Origin: a virus
Lineage: Duplodnaviria > Caudoviricetes
DNA: 64,000 nt
IMG/VR virus record: IMGVR_UViG_3300033121_000370
Span: 1 to 64,000 of that record
Direction: 5' to 3' (one strand)
Part shown: one piece after another, positions 50,436-60,752 of the stretch
Numbering within the stretch: the first letter of the stretch is position 1
Layout of the letters: each line of letters starts with the position of its first letter
Position numbers and translations under genes: made by a program
Notes under the pieces: generated by a model
The model's input: the letters and a program-made list of their open reading frames with translations, nothing else
Databases searched by the model: none
Told to the model about the DNA's origin: nothing

Positions 50436-51269
50436 TTATTCCCAAATTCTTGTTAAACGGGGTGTACTAGCCACCCATTGCTTCCATGCCTCTAGTTCAT
50501 CCCACCACATGCCTGACCAGGAGCAGGACCTGTTAGGGCCACTAAACCAAGGGGCCTTCTCAGTGTAGTGGATAATCTTAGGAGGTTTATCGGTATTGTC
50601 CTCCGAGTGGTCAGGGATGAACTGGTACTCTTCAGGCAACCCCACAATGGCTGATTCGTCAGGCAGCCACTTGAATGTATGGAGGTACATACCCGGCATC
50701 TGGTTTACACTCTCTGCACTGAGGTTATCCAGGAGGTAATGCTGGGTATTGAAACACATAAAGGCCGACCAAAGTTTCTTCTCGTACTTCAGCTGTAGGC
50801 AACCATCCATCTTTACCTCCGTGTAGGTAGGAAACTGATGCTTCACTACAGCCACAGGGTTAGCCGCGTAGTCCTTGTTCAGGATGTCGAAGAGGCTATT
50901 CAAGTCTGTACGAAAGAGGAAGTCACAGTCGGCAAATATTGTGTAGCCCTTCAGGCCTAGAGCCCGAGCAATCGTAGGCACCAGAAAGCGGGTGAAGGAG
51001 AAGTCGACAGAATGAGGCCGAGTCTCCAGGACATCCACGTACTGGCCTGTAGAGCCCTCAATGAGGGTAGGCCGAGAATATAGGCCTATCTGACGTAAGG
51101 CCTTGGTGTACAAGGGGAAAACCTTTACACCTGGGCTCCTACGTTCAATGGAATACTTGGCTACCAGGTAGGCCATAGTCTCTCGAGTGTCTAAGCCGAT
51201 AAACACTACATTGTCCTCTGGCTCTACGCCAGGGAACATATCCTTAAGGGCTGATACTGTTTTTAGCAT
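50436..51269 (-). CDS. glycosyltransferase (GT8-like)
   Basis: FIGLDTRE, FSFTRFLVP, FADCDF, VVKH, KLWSAFM, IHYT..PW. Confidence 0.8.
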   Translation of the reverse strand: MLKTVSALKDMFPGVEPEDNVVFIGLDTRETMAYLVAKYSIERRSPGVKVFPLYTKALRQIGLYSRPTLIEGSTGQYVDVLETRPHSVDFSFTRFLVPTIARALGLKGYTIFADCDFLFRTDLNSLFDILNKDYAANPVAVVKHQFPTYTEVKMDGCLQLKYEKKLWSAFMCFNTQHYLLDNLSAESVNQMPGMYLHTFKWLPDESAIVGLPEEYQFIPDHSEDNTDKPPKIIHYTEKAPWFSGPNRSCSWSGMWWDELEAWKQWVASTPRLTRIWE

Positions 51270-52215
51270 GATTACTCGTAATTACCTTCTTAACACAACC
51301 TGAGCAAGGGGTACCCTCTATCTGCTTGGATAGGTGGGCTTGGCGTAGCTCCTGCATAATCTTAGAGTTCCATACATCAACGAAGCTGCTGTTGTTTAGG
51401 TCACCGTGGATGAAGCGACTATCCGGTACCCCGAAGCAGCAAGCATTCATGGTTCCATCAAAGTTTACGTGGCCCTCCCGGAATAAAGCCCAACAAGGGA
51501 CTACTGGAACTGGGTTAGCTGCCCGGCCTGGATTACCCCCTACGAATTCCCAAGCCTCCTTCTCGATGTTACCAGCCTGATTGAACAGGGGTAGAGCATA
51601 CACTTCATCTACAAAGGGTCTAATCTGCTCTAGGGCCTCAGACATCTGGTCAGCTTGGTCGCCTGTGTACTCAATGTATGAAGCGTACAGGCCACACTTG
51701 TAGCCACCCTCATCACGGACCTTCTTAGCTGCTTGGATATTCTCTATGGACTTGTACCAATTCTTACGTGGTACTCGGGCTACTTCCTCATATTGCTCAG
51801 GTGTGGCAAAGTTAAATGAGAACTTCAGGGAATCCAGTCCAGCTTCCATGCACTCTTTTACCTTCTTGGGCGTAGCGAGTGTACCATTGGTGGTTAGGAA
51901 TACGTACTCGAAGCCAATGTCCTTGGCATGTTTGATGGCTCGTGGTAGCCACGGCACAATCATGGACTCTCCAAAATAGAAGACCCCCAGCTCTTTTACC
52001 CCAGCATCCCGAATCTTCCGGATGTACTCCAGGTACTTCTCTTCGGGCATGTGGTCCTTCACAGCCAAGTCCGCATTCACACAGAAAGAGCACCTCTGAT
52101 TACAGTTACGGGTAAGCTCAATCTTTACGGAAACAGGCGGAGGAATAATAGGTTCCTTCCAGCTCTCCGGGATAGTAGCTGTTGCGTCAATCTTCTTGGT
52201 AATACTATATTCCAC
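51244..52215 (-). CDS. radical SAM enzyme with SPASM/twitch domain
   Basis: CNQRCSFC; C-terminal C..VNFDGTMNACC..GDL..VWNS..CSGC. Confidence 0.9.
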   Translation of the reverse strand: MEYSITKKIDATATIPESWKEPIIPPPVSVKIELTRNCNQRCSFCVNADLAVKDHMPEEKYLEYIRKIRDAGVKELGVFYFGESMIVPWLPRAIKHAKDIGFEYVFLTTNGTLATPKKVKECMEAGLDSLKFSFNFATPEQYEEVARVPRKNWYKSIENIQAAKKVRDEGGYKCGLYASYIEYTGDQADQMSEALEQIRPFVDEVYALPLFNQAGNIEKEAWEFVGGNPGRAANPVPVVPCWALFREGHVNFDGTMNACCFGVPDSRFIHGDLNNSSFVDVWNSKIMQELRQAHLSKQIEGTPCSGCVKKVITSNHAKNSISP

Positions 52216-52230
52216 TGTAGTCTCTCTCCT

Positions 52231-52860
52231 TTAAGCCCTAACGGCTATGTAATCGTTGCTGAATTTATCTGTCACTGTGTACCCCATCTCTTTCAGTAGT
52301 TCTAGGGGCCTCTCAGGGTTATCCTTTGTAGCTCCTAAGCCTTTTACCTCTACTATAATCACCGGGGAGTCTCTGGCTATAAACTGCCTAGCTCCCTCCA
52401 ACACATAAGGCTCAAAGCCTTCTACGTCTACCTTGATGAGGTCTACCTTAGGGGTAAGGTCTAGGATAGCGTCAAGAGGAGTTGATTGGACAGGTCTAGC
52501 CCATATAAGCTCTTCCTTATGGGGGATTGAGTTACCTGTATTTGTGCCACCCACTTCTATGTAAACCAGTTCAGATTTGTCCGAGACAGCCATGTTAAAT
52601 ATCTCAATGTTATTGATTTTCCTAGTGTTCCTTCTCAGGCAGTTGTATATAGGTCTAACCGGCTCGAAGGCGATTACCTTCTCAAAGTGCTTACTAAAGT
52701 GGATAGAGGCTATGCCTACGTGTGCCCCAACGTCCAAGCAAGTACGCTTAAAGAACAACTTGGCCATAGCCTTGTCTCGTACTTCCTTTTGGTACTCCAA
52801 GCCATAGGGGAGAAGGTGCTCTTCCCCATCAGGCCACCAAAGGCCGTTTACAAACTTCAT
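52231..52860 (-). CDS. FkbM-family SAM methyltransferase
   Basis: DVGAHVG, AFEP, IKVDVEGFEPYVLEGA; likely ATG 52860 (ORF track 52944). Confidence 0.9.
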   Translation of the reverse strand: MKFVNGLWWPDGEEHLLPYGLEYQKEVRDKAMAKLFFKRTCLDVGAHVGIASIHFSKHFEKVIAFEPVRPIYNCLRRNTRKINNIEIFNMAVSDKSELVYIEVGGTNTGNSIPHKEELIWARPVQSTPLDAILDLTPKVDLIKVDVEGFEPYVLEGARQFIARDSPVIIVEVKGLGATKDNPERPLELLKEMGYTVTDKFSNDYIAVRA

Positions 52861-52865
52861 AATGG

Positions 52866-53162
52866 TTAAATGTCCTCCTCGGGCCACATCTTTGCTAGTA
52901 ATCTTAATTTTTGAATATCGCGTCTTGTACGTGACTCGCTGCACCGCCAGGCTTGCTTTACGTTACCATTATTGGTATAAGGCCAGATGTGGAGCTTCAC
53001 ATACTTGTAGATTGCTGTGTTTACTTCACGCTCACCTGGCCAGTTACGGTTTAGCCACGCCCAAAGCTTAAGTAGCTTATAGGGTGTCGTAGGTCTCCTC
53101 TTGGTGAAACCTTTGCGATTGCGTATAGATATGGTGGGAGTAGGTGTGAAGACTTCAGCCAT
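52866..53162 (-). CDS. basic hypothetical protein
   Basis: 98 aa, downstream of a TATACT -10 at 53179-53174. Confidence 0.5.
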   Translation of the reverse strand: MAEVFTPTPTISIRNRKGFTKRRPTTPYKLLKLWAWLNRNWPGEREVNTAIYKYVKLHIWPYTNNGNVKQAWRCSESRTRRDIQKLRLLAKMWPEEDI

Positions 53163-53232
53163 ACTCTAATTCTAGTATAGCTGAAGCCCAGGAGCAAGAA
53201 GTATTAAGAGGTGTTTAAAAAGCGTTCGTTAA

Positions 53233-53248
53233 GGAGCATTCGCTCCGC
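53233..53248 (+). repeat. 16-bp intergenic motif copy
   Basis: GGAGCATTCGCTCCGC. Confidence 0.55.
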
Positions 53249-53263
53249 TCACTATCGCTCTCT

Positions 53264-53563
53264 TTAGGGGGCTGTGTGAAGAGAATTCAAGAAATTATGG
53301 GTTATTTCGCTTAGTTGCATAAGGGATGGGACTAGGACTATTAGACCTACTACAACCCCAATGGCTATGCGGATTCCTTTGCCTTTATTGTATACATCCA
53401 GAAGTGTTTTAATCGCTGAGGATATTTCGTTTAGACGTATTTCCACTCGCTCCTCAAAGGCAGTGAGGCTGTCTTCTATAGAGTCAACTCGGCCTTCGAG
53501 CTTACCGAGGTTGTGGTATACGTCAACTATCTTATCAACCAAGTCTTGGGGGGCTGGTGTCAT
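53264..53563 (-). CDS. coiled-coil protein with a C-terminal membrane anchor
   Basis: LGKLEGRVDSIED; IAIGVVVGLIVLV. Confidence 0.6.
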   Translation of the reverse strand: MTPAPQDLVDKIVDVYHNLGKLEGRVDSIEDSLTAFEERVEIRLNEISSAIKTLLDVYNKGKGIRIAIGVVVGLIVLVPSLMQLSEITHNFLNSLHTAP

Positions 53564-53594
53564 CTTTCAAGTTTCTTCTCAAAAGTTAGAGTTT

Positions 53595-56500
53595 CTAGTG
53601 CTCTGGGTAGACCTGAGCAAGGTTAGCTTGCTCTCTACGAATAGCCGGAGAGGCTCTTCGCTGTTGTAACTTTCCTTGATTGATGCTACGTAGCTGTTCC
53701 ATCACCCGCCTGGTTACCGTTGGCATGTCTATTTTAACACGGTTTTTCACAGCAGCTGATTGGTTAGATGCCTGTAAATCCTTCAGATAATCCCGGTACT
53801 CTTGTAGGAATTCTTGTTCTTCTTCGGCGTTGCCTTGCTGGCGGGCTAGGATAGACTTAACCCGTAGGGCCACCAAAGAATCATAGGCTCTTTCCTTAGC
53901 TACGGCAGTCCGGGAGACTAGCCGGTTAGAAGCGAACTGCTCCTCACGGGCACGAGATACCTTGGTAGGAGTGAACCCAACAGCCTGGAAAGCTGTATCG
54001 AGGTAGTCATAAGTAGTCGGCAGTACGTTACCTTGGCGAGATACAACCCCGTACTCATTAGCGTACATGGCCTTAATTGGGTTACGGATAGCTGCCGGAG
54101 CTAAAGTAGCCATAGCTAGAGTTTCGTGACCGCTTACCCAGTAGTTGTAAGCATCCTGAATAGTACCTACTGTGGACCCTGCTGGGCCAAGAAGGTCCCA
54201 GATGTCGCCGCTAGTGGTCACTCCGCTGAAGGTTTGTACACCCACACGCTGAGAAATATCGATACCGGCTAAAGCACGTACAGCCCCTTTATCAACCATC
54301 TCAGCCACCATGGATGAGCCAGTTAGGTCTGTGAGGGCTTCTCGTAGCTCTGTTTCGATGTCAGGGTCAATGCCAGTAATTAGCTTGTACAGCTTGTCAT
54401 AGGCATCCTTAGCGGGTTCACCAAAGGGTACTGCCCCGGACAAGCCAGATGTTGCCATTAGGCCTAAGAACAACACAGCAAAGGCCTTACGGGCCTCTGG
54501 TGTAGTCCCACTCCAGTCGAGCCTTCCGTCTGTAAGCTTAATTCCAAAGGCTTGTTTGAACAGCCCTATATACTGGTCCAACATCTTCACAGGGAAGGCT
54601 AGGAACTGGGTGGGAACAGCTAGAGCACCTCTGAAGGCCTTAGCCCGGTTGAACTTGGTAGTATCCGGGTGGCTAAGCTCAATAGCTATTTCAGCCATAA
54701 GAGAGGCATCGTTTACGTCTGAGCCAGCCCAGGGAGTGCTTTCCAGCATCTTCTCAAGGCGAGCTTTGATTGCTGGAGAGCTCTTAGCTTTCTTGGCTAG
54801 GTCATAAGCGGCTAGGGCTGTGGCTACTCGAGTGGTTGCCTCGACCCGGTTGAACATGAAGGAGAAGACGTTACCGGCCTTGTTAGCGAAGTCAGTGAAG
54901 CCTTCTATCTGCTTCTTTTCACCTGGTAACTGAAGGGCCACATCGCGTGCTTGCATCTCCTCGACGACAGTGTGGGGCCTTAGAGTACCCTTCTCAATTA
55001 GGTCGTAGATAAGGCGCTCGTGCTCAGAGAGACTTTCCAAGTCATCAGTGGCCTTATCAATAATGTCCTTGTAAGGATTTGGGTTGGAGGGGTCACTCCA
55101 GCGGATAAACGAATCCTTAGACAGGAGGGATTGGTTAGTGTACTTGGCTAGAGCCTTAGCTGCTTCACCCGGGCTACCGTACATATTGGTAAGAATAGGC
55201 AGCGAGGAGTGCACTACCTGAAGCATATTGAGGGCTGCCGAGGAAGGATTCAAGCCCAGGAAGTAGTTAAACATCCAGCTACGAAGCTGAGCAAACTCAT
55301 TCTGGTTAGAGAAGACGTAGTTTACGTAATCGTCAGCATACTCTCTGACTGACTGATGGATTACCCCGGTCATAGCCTTGTGGGCCAATTCAGCTCTGGC
55401 ACCGTTCATGCTAGAGGCATACTGGTTCTTGGCAATGGTAGTAGCTGCCCGGCTAGCATAGACTGAGCCAGCACCTACTACATAGTTGTCCAGGTTGTCA
55501 TTGTGCAGGTACCCTTGAAGGCCTAGGGATTTCTTCTCATGAAGAGCAAAGCCTCTCTTGGCCCAAGCTTCTCTCATGGACTGAAGAAGGGCTAGGCGCT
55601 CTTCATTAGAGAGGCCTGGAATCTCATTAGCCAAAGCCATTTGCTCAAAGATGTCGAATTGGCCAGCAGTAATGAAGTTGCGGGCAGCCGCTGCTGATTT
55701 TATGCCGGTGAGGTCAACTACGCCGAAGTTAGGCTTATCCACGGGCATGAAAGCACCTGGATGAACAGCCTTGAACTCTTCCAAGCGCTTGTTCATGTAT
55801 TCCAAAAGATTAGCTTTGCTCTGGAGCTTACCAAACATATTAGTAGGTAGATTGATTGTACCTATACGCTCATAGGGCTCATCTTCAGCTACTGTAGTCT
55901 TGATACGGGAACCAATGGTTGGAGTAGCTGTTGGCTGGCTCTTGTCGTAGATAGTTACGAAGTAGGGAGACTGACGAACACGGGGTAGATGGAAATGCTT
56001 GGACATCTTCTCAATCTGCTCTAGGGCTGTAGCAGCAGCTTCTAGTTGGCCTAGTTCTTCCACTGTAATAGTGTTGGCTACTCTTCCCTGCTTAGCTCTA
56101 ATCCGGATAGTATCTGAAACTATGTTCCGCATGTTCAAGTTTGTAAAGCCAGCCTTCTCCAAGGCATCGCCGAAGACATCCCAAGTGGTCGAGAGATAAT
56201 GTTCCTTACGGAGGCCGCTAAATAGTCTGTCAATTACCTCTAGGTGCCGCATGAGCTTAGGTGTAATAGTTACAGTATCTCCAGCCTTCACGCCTAGACC
56301 TGCAAAGTCAGAGTCTAGCTTAATGTCAAAGGTATCTGGGTATGAGCCGTCAGGCTTGGTAAACTTGGGTAGAGGCTTTTCATTGATAGCTAGGTAAGCA
56401 GCAGCCTTGCTGAACGATGCCCTATCTTCCTTGGACCACTTAAGGATAGGGACAAGTTTAGCTGTTGCATAGGAACGAATAGCGTGGGCCTTTTGCTCCA

Positions 56501-59500
56501 TCTGCTTGGAGATGTGGAACAAGGGGCGTAAACTTGGGATGCGGCTAGCGTGTGTCTGAAGGTCCCTGAACCACCAACCAATCAGGCCAATACGGCTGGT
56601 GGCTGAGCGCAGGTCTTCCTTGAAATTCTCTGGGCGCTTACCGGGTAGTGCTGATACAAGGGAGTTCTTTTCTTTAGCAATCTTATCCTTGAGGCCCGCA
56701 GACATCTTTTTAACGGGATTCTCCCAGTTAAAGGTATCCTTGTCCTGGATTTCCACAAAGGAGCCATCGTAGATTACGTAGTTAGGCTCACTCTCGTTAG
56801 TACCTCCCATAGCCGCGTATCTGTGGCCTGGGATATTCCCTACTTGAGCTAGGGCTAGAGAGGCTTGCATGTCAGAGGGATGCTCATGGCTAGGTACTCT
56901 CAGACGAAGTTCTTCGTAAAAGTCGCGGCCACTAAGATTCATAATATCTAAAGGTTCCCCTAAGGCGGCCTCTGTAAAATCATTTGGGTCTAACTCGTCT
57001 AAAATACGCACGTCCTCTGTATGGCTAGGGGGGTGGTACCCATAACCATTAATCTTATCGTCTTTAATCCTAGCAATAGCATCTTTAGCGGGGATGTTAT
57101 CAGTTTGCATAAGTGCAAGAACTTCTCCTATAACACCTAGTCTCATGCCTGAATTTTTCCCCTTATAAGTAGGGTCTATCTGGACCCTTAGGAATTTCTT
57201 AGCAATGGCCATCACACCCCTTTTAACATACTCACTCTGCTGATTAATAGGTTTATCCCAGTCTAGGAGGTGGCTTTGATTAATTGGGTCATTCCAGAAC
57301 TTAACCCAGTAGGAGATGGGTAGAGGCGTAGGTGCTCTGTATTTAAAGTTAGTTGTATCTAGACTTTCTAGAGCTTCTATATAACTCTTAGACTTTCTTA
57401 TCTCATCGCGTACTCGCGCTAAAAGTACATCCCTAGTTTCGTATAAAGGTTGGAAGGTTTGGTCCTCGGTAACCTCTTTATAGTCCTTCTCGGTTATGAG
57501 GAGTACTTTTTTCCTATAGCTTACACTACTCGCTATAGCGTCTTCTGTTGTCTCGAACTGGTCAAAGTCTTCAGCAAGCTCTGAGAGGGCCCTGTACATA
57601 ATATCAGGGTCTTTATACGACATAGCTAATTCTAGCATCTTTTTTGTTGTTAGCGGTACCCCCTTATACTGAAGGATTGGGTTTTTATCTCTAACAGCTG
57701 CTTTAAACTGTCTAAAGTAGTTCTTAGCAACTTCTTGGGCTGAGCCAAAGTATAACCCCCAGCCAAAAGCTTGGTTACCCTCCCCAGTACCTATAAAGTC
57801 TGTATTGAATTCACTAAAGTCATGAGGAGAGATGTGAGTAGCATCTACCGTGTTCATCAGGTTACGCACATGAGCAAACTTTACAATGTCCAGGTTCTGG
57901 AAAGCCTTGTTGGCTGGTGTACGTCCAGCTACCAGCTCACCTGAGCTTATCCGGTCAAACAGGTCAAAGACTTCCTCAGGCGTAGAAACACCTAGGATGT
58001 TATTTATGTATGTACGGAGATAGCCTAGAAACTTCGCTACGCGGTTTCTAATCTTTTCTACGAGGTGGGGGTTTTCATTTTGGAAATCATTCTTGAAGCG
58101 CTGGGTTTGGCTAAAGTGCTCAGCAATAGCTTCCTCTAGTAATCCCTCTTTTCCAAGGTTCTTGTACTCGGGGTTTGTATCAAAGCCATACAGGCTTACC
58201 CAATTACCCTTAACAGCAGCCCTCTCAAGCATTTTCCACTCAGGCACCGAGATGAGCCCAAGGTTACGAAGAGCGTGGATGCTCTCGTGATTAATGGTAG
58301 AGATAAGGCTACGCCCTTCTGGCTGAAGAGCTGAAATAACTAGGGTCTTACCCTCTACGTACCCACCGGCCCCATTAGCCAGCTTCTCGAGGGTAACAAC
58401 AGGGTCTACGTGGCCCAGGAGGCCCATCCGTTGGAGAACACCCTTTAGAATTGTATCTGTCTCGTGCTTCAGAAGGCCAGCCATAGTCCGCTTGACAGCT
58501 TCCTCACGCTGCTTAACAGCCTTGTCTCTAAATCTATTCGGAGCCAGAATGCCCGCTAAGCCTTTGTTAGCGGCCAGGTCCTGATTGTACATCTGTAGAC
58601 CAGCGTCATTCTTTGTAGGGAAGTCCAGAACAGCTGACTTCTTTAAGGCGTTACCGAAGACATTTGGGCTCCTCCGTGTAGAAGCTGTGAGCTGCTCAAT
58701 GACATCAGATACATTGGCCCGAGCTGCGGCATCCCTAGGCTTAGTACTAGTCATGCTTGGGCTGAGGTCAGCTGTAGCTATCTGCTCATTGAACTTCTTA
58801 CCGCCGAGGTACAGTTCTTTCTCAGCAGCAGCCTTCTCAGCTGGAGTTAGCGCTCGATAAGAAGGGGAATTAATTAGGTTCAGGCGAGCCTGTTCAAATT
58901 CTTCAGTACCTTCAGGAATAGCATTTAGCATATAGTCACCACCTAGGTGACGTTCCCCTGGAGGATTAGCAGCTGCCTGATTATTTATCTGGTTACGCTC
59001 TACGATTTCCTGAAGCTCCAGGTCAATTGGAGCAGCTACCTGTTTCTTGGCCTTACGCTGGATGCTAGGGAGCACAGGCTTAGAGATGCCTAAGTCCTTG
59101 TTCTCGTAAGTATATTTAGCCTGGAAGAGGTCATAGGCTTCTTTTAGTTTAGCCTCTCTAGCTTCTTTTGAAAGGGTTCGAAAACCTGGGTCCCTCTTTA
59201 CCTTGTCGAGGTATTCTACTATCTTCTTGTTGAACTCAGCAGCCGAAGAGACCGCAGCCTTCTGACCCACTTGAGTAGCTACATCTTCCGGTAAACCGAG
59301 TGAGGCAGCCCTTTCAGTAGCCCAGCGGCCTACAAGAGGAGGGGCCATGCCTTCTTGGGTGACTTCGCCACCAGAAGCTGTTACTCCCCTGGAGGGAGCA
59401 AAGGTAGCTCCTACAGGGTTCTTGGGATTGTATGATTCGTTCTTGGCTGCTTGGGCTGCATTGGCCTTGGAAATTTCTCCTATAGCCTTTTGCTGGCCTC

Positions 59501-60737
59501 TGGTTAGGTCTCGAGGTTGACGAGGCTGGAACTCCATCCCGGCTGAGCCTGGGCTTAAGTTAGCAGCTGTCCGGGCCTTCTTGGCTACTGAGATACCTAC
59601 AGGTCCCGATTGAATTAATTGGTTATAGACAGCCTCAACGTTATTCGGAGCTATCTTCTGGGCAGCTAATACGAAGTCTTCTTTGGTAACAGGAGCTATG
59701 TCTTTAGCTGCTTCCTGGTCTACCCTCTCCTCAAGCGGATTAGTTGCCGGAGACTTACCTAGAAGGTAAGACATACTTAGCTCAGCTACGCCACCTGGTA
59801 GCTCTAGCATACCCTCCATTGCAACACCGGCTGGGTCGTAGATACTACCTGTCTCACTTACCTGACCAGCTACTTCTGAGCCAGCGCCTAGACCTACTTG
59901 AGTGGCAACACCTTTAGCTACCTGCCCCGGAATAGAGCGACCAGCTAAAGCAGCTTGTTCAGCCGAGCGAACAGCTAGGGGAACTCCGCGAGCTCTCTCG
60001 ATAGCCTTTACGGCACCAGTAGCCCGCCCGGCCATACCCATAGATAAAGCGTCAATAGCAGCCACTGGAGTTGCATAAGCTAATGCTCTCCGTTGTACTT
60101 CCTGTTGAACTTGGGGGTTATTAGCGAATACACCAAACTGGTCAGAGGCCGGGTCTACCCCGTGCTGCTGAGCTAGTTCCTTTAGGACATCATTGTAGCG
60201 GGTAGGCTGGTTAACAGCAAAAGAGCCAATACCTGCGCCAGCTACAGCACCGAGCGGATTACCGCCACTAACCACGAGGCCAGCAGCTGTGGTAGCCAGA
60301 GGTACAGCCATAAGGGGAGCTGATTGAGCTAAAGCTGGAAGAGTAAAATTGAGGGGATGAGCTACAGCTTGGCCAATGGCAGGAAGGATGCCTTCACTTG
60401 CCTTCTCGGATGCTGCTCGATATTCAGGACTAGGCATCACATCAGGCATAGGAGCAGGGGTATCCCTCATCCACTCCTGGGCTGTGTCTTCGCTGTAGAA
60501 GCCTAACTGCTCTCCGGCACGAACCAAGGCATCATAGCCTTGGGATATACCCATCTTTGCATAGTCAGCTGTATCAGCTTCTTTTACAAAGGTACCCCGG
60601 TTAGCGTCGTAAAGGACTGGCTCGCCCTTACTATTTGTAAGCCGAGTCTCCCCATGTACTAGAGGCTTCCAGGATAGATTGTCACTTAGATAGCTAAGAG
60701 ACCCATCTGGATTACGCTTAACGTGCACCTTTGCCAT
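53595..60737 (-). CDS. 2380-aa internal virion (ejection) polyvalent protein
   Basis: zincin-like NHESIHAL; ADP-ribosyltransferase-like H.SP..F..F....GTGEG.QAFGWGLYF ... GH.Y..NYVIYD; helical C-terminus. Confidence 0.8.
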   Translation of the reverse strand: MAKVHVKRNPDGSLSYLSDNLSWKPLVHGETRLTNSKGEPVLYDANRGTFVKEADTADYAKMGISQGYDALVRAGEQLGFYSEDTAQEWMRDTPAPMPDVMPSPEYRAASEKASEGILPAIGQAVAHPLNFTLPALAQSAPLMAVPLATTAAGLVVSGGNPLGAVAGAGIGSFAVNQPTRYNDVLKELAQQHGVDPASDQFGVFANNPQVQQEVQRRALAYATPVAAIDALSMGMAGRATGAVKAIERARGVPLAVRSAEQAALAGRSIPGQVAKGVATQVGLGAGSEVAGQVSETGSIYDPAGVAMEGMLELPGGVAELSMSYLLGKSPATNPLEERVDQEAAKDIAPVTKEDFVLAAQKIAPNNVEAVYNQLIQSGPVGISVAKKARTAANLSPGSAGMEFQPRQPRDLTRGQQKAIGEISKANAAQAAKNESYNPKNPVGATFAPSRGVTASGGEVTQEGMAPPLVGRWATERAASLGLPEDVATQVGQKAAVSSAAEFNKKIVEYLDKVKRDPGFRTLSKEAREAKLKEAYDLFQAKYTYENKDLGISKPVLPSIQRKAKKQVAAPIDLELQEIVERNQINNQAAANPPGERHLGGDYMLNAIPEGTEEFEQARLNLINSPSYRALTPAEKAAAEKELYLGGKKFNEQIATADLSPSMTSTKPRDAAARANVSDVIEQLTASTRRSPNVFGNALKKSAVLDFPTKNDAGLQMYNQDLAANKGLAGILAPNRFRDKAVKQREEAVKRTMAGLLKHETDTILKGVLQRMGLLGHVDPVVTLEKLANGAGGYVEGKTLVISALQPEGRSLISTINHESIHALRNLGLISVPEWKMLERAAVKGNWVSLYGFDTNPEYKNLGKEGLLEEAIAEHFSQTQRFKNDFQNENPHLVEKIRNRVAKFLGYLRTYINNILGVSTPEEVFDLFDRISSGELVAGRTPANKAFQNLDIVKFAHVRNLMNTVDATHISPHDFSEFNTDFIGTGEGNQAFGWGLYFGSAQEVAKNYFRQFKAAVRDKNPILQYKGVPLTTKKMLELAMSYKDPDIMYRALSELAEDFDQFETTEDAIASSVSYRKKVLLITEKDYKEVTEDQTFQPLYETRDVLLARVRDEIRKSKSYIEALESLDTTNFKYRAPTPLPISYWVKFWNDPINQSHLLDWDKPINQQSEYVKRGVMAIAKKFLRVQIDPTYKGKNSGMRLGVIGEVLALMQTDNIPAKDAIARIKDDKINGYGYHPPSHTEDVRILDELDPNDFTEAALGEPLDIMNLSGRDFYEELRLRVPSHEHPSDMQASLALAQVGNIPGHRYAAMGGTNESEPNYVIYDGSFVEIQDKDTFNWENPVKKMSAGLKDKIAKEKNSLVSALPGKRPENFKEDLRSATSRIGLIGWWFRDLQTHASRIPSLRPLFHISKQMEQKAHAIRSYATAKLVPILKWSKEDRASFSKAAAYLAINEKPLPKFTKPDGSYPDTFDIKLDSDFAGLGVKAGDTVTITPKLMRHLEVIDRLFSGLRKEHYLSTTWDVFGDALEKAGFTNLNMRNIVSDTIRIRAKQGRVANTITVEELGQLEAAATALEQIEKMSKHFHLPRVRQSPYFVTIYDKSQPTATPTIGSRIKTTVAEDEPYERIGTINLPTNMFGKLQSKANLLEYMNKRLEEFKAVHPGAFMPVDKPNFGVVDLTGIKSAAAARNFITAGQFDIFEQMALANEIPGLSNEERLALLQSMREAWAKRGFALHEKKSLGLQGYLHNDNLDNYVVGAGSVYASRAATTIAKNQYASSMNGARAELAHKAMTGVIHQSVREYADDYVNYVFSNQNEFAQLRSWMFNYFLGLNPSSAALNMLQVVHSSLPILTNMYGSPGEAAKALAKYTNQSLLSKDSFIRWSDPSNPNPYKDIIDKATDDLESLSEHERLIYDLIEKGTLRPHTVVEEMQARDVALQLPGEKKQIEGFTDFANKAGNVFSFMFNRVEATTRVATALAAYDLAKKAKSSPAIKARLEKMLESTPWAGSDVNDASLMAEIAIELSHPDTTKFNRAKAFRGALAVPTQFLAFPVKMLDQYIGLFKQAFGIKLTDGRLDWSGTTPEARKAFAVLFLGLMATSGLSGAVPFGEPAKDAYDKLYKLITGIDPDIETELREALTDLTGSSMVAEMVDKGAVRALAGIDISQRVGVQTFSGVTTSGDIWDLLGPAGSTVGTIQDAYNYWVSGHETLAMATLAPAAIRNPIKAMYANEYGVVSRQGNVLPTTYDYLDTAFQAVGFTPTKVSRAREEQFASNRLVSRTAVAKERAYDSLVALRVKSILARQQGNAEEEQEFLQEYRDYLKDLQASNQSAAVKNRVKIDMPTVTRRVMEQLRSINQGKLQQRRASPAIRREQANLAQVYPEH

Positions 60738-60752
60738 TTACTTTTACCCGGT

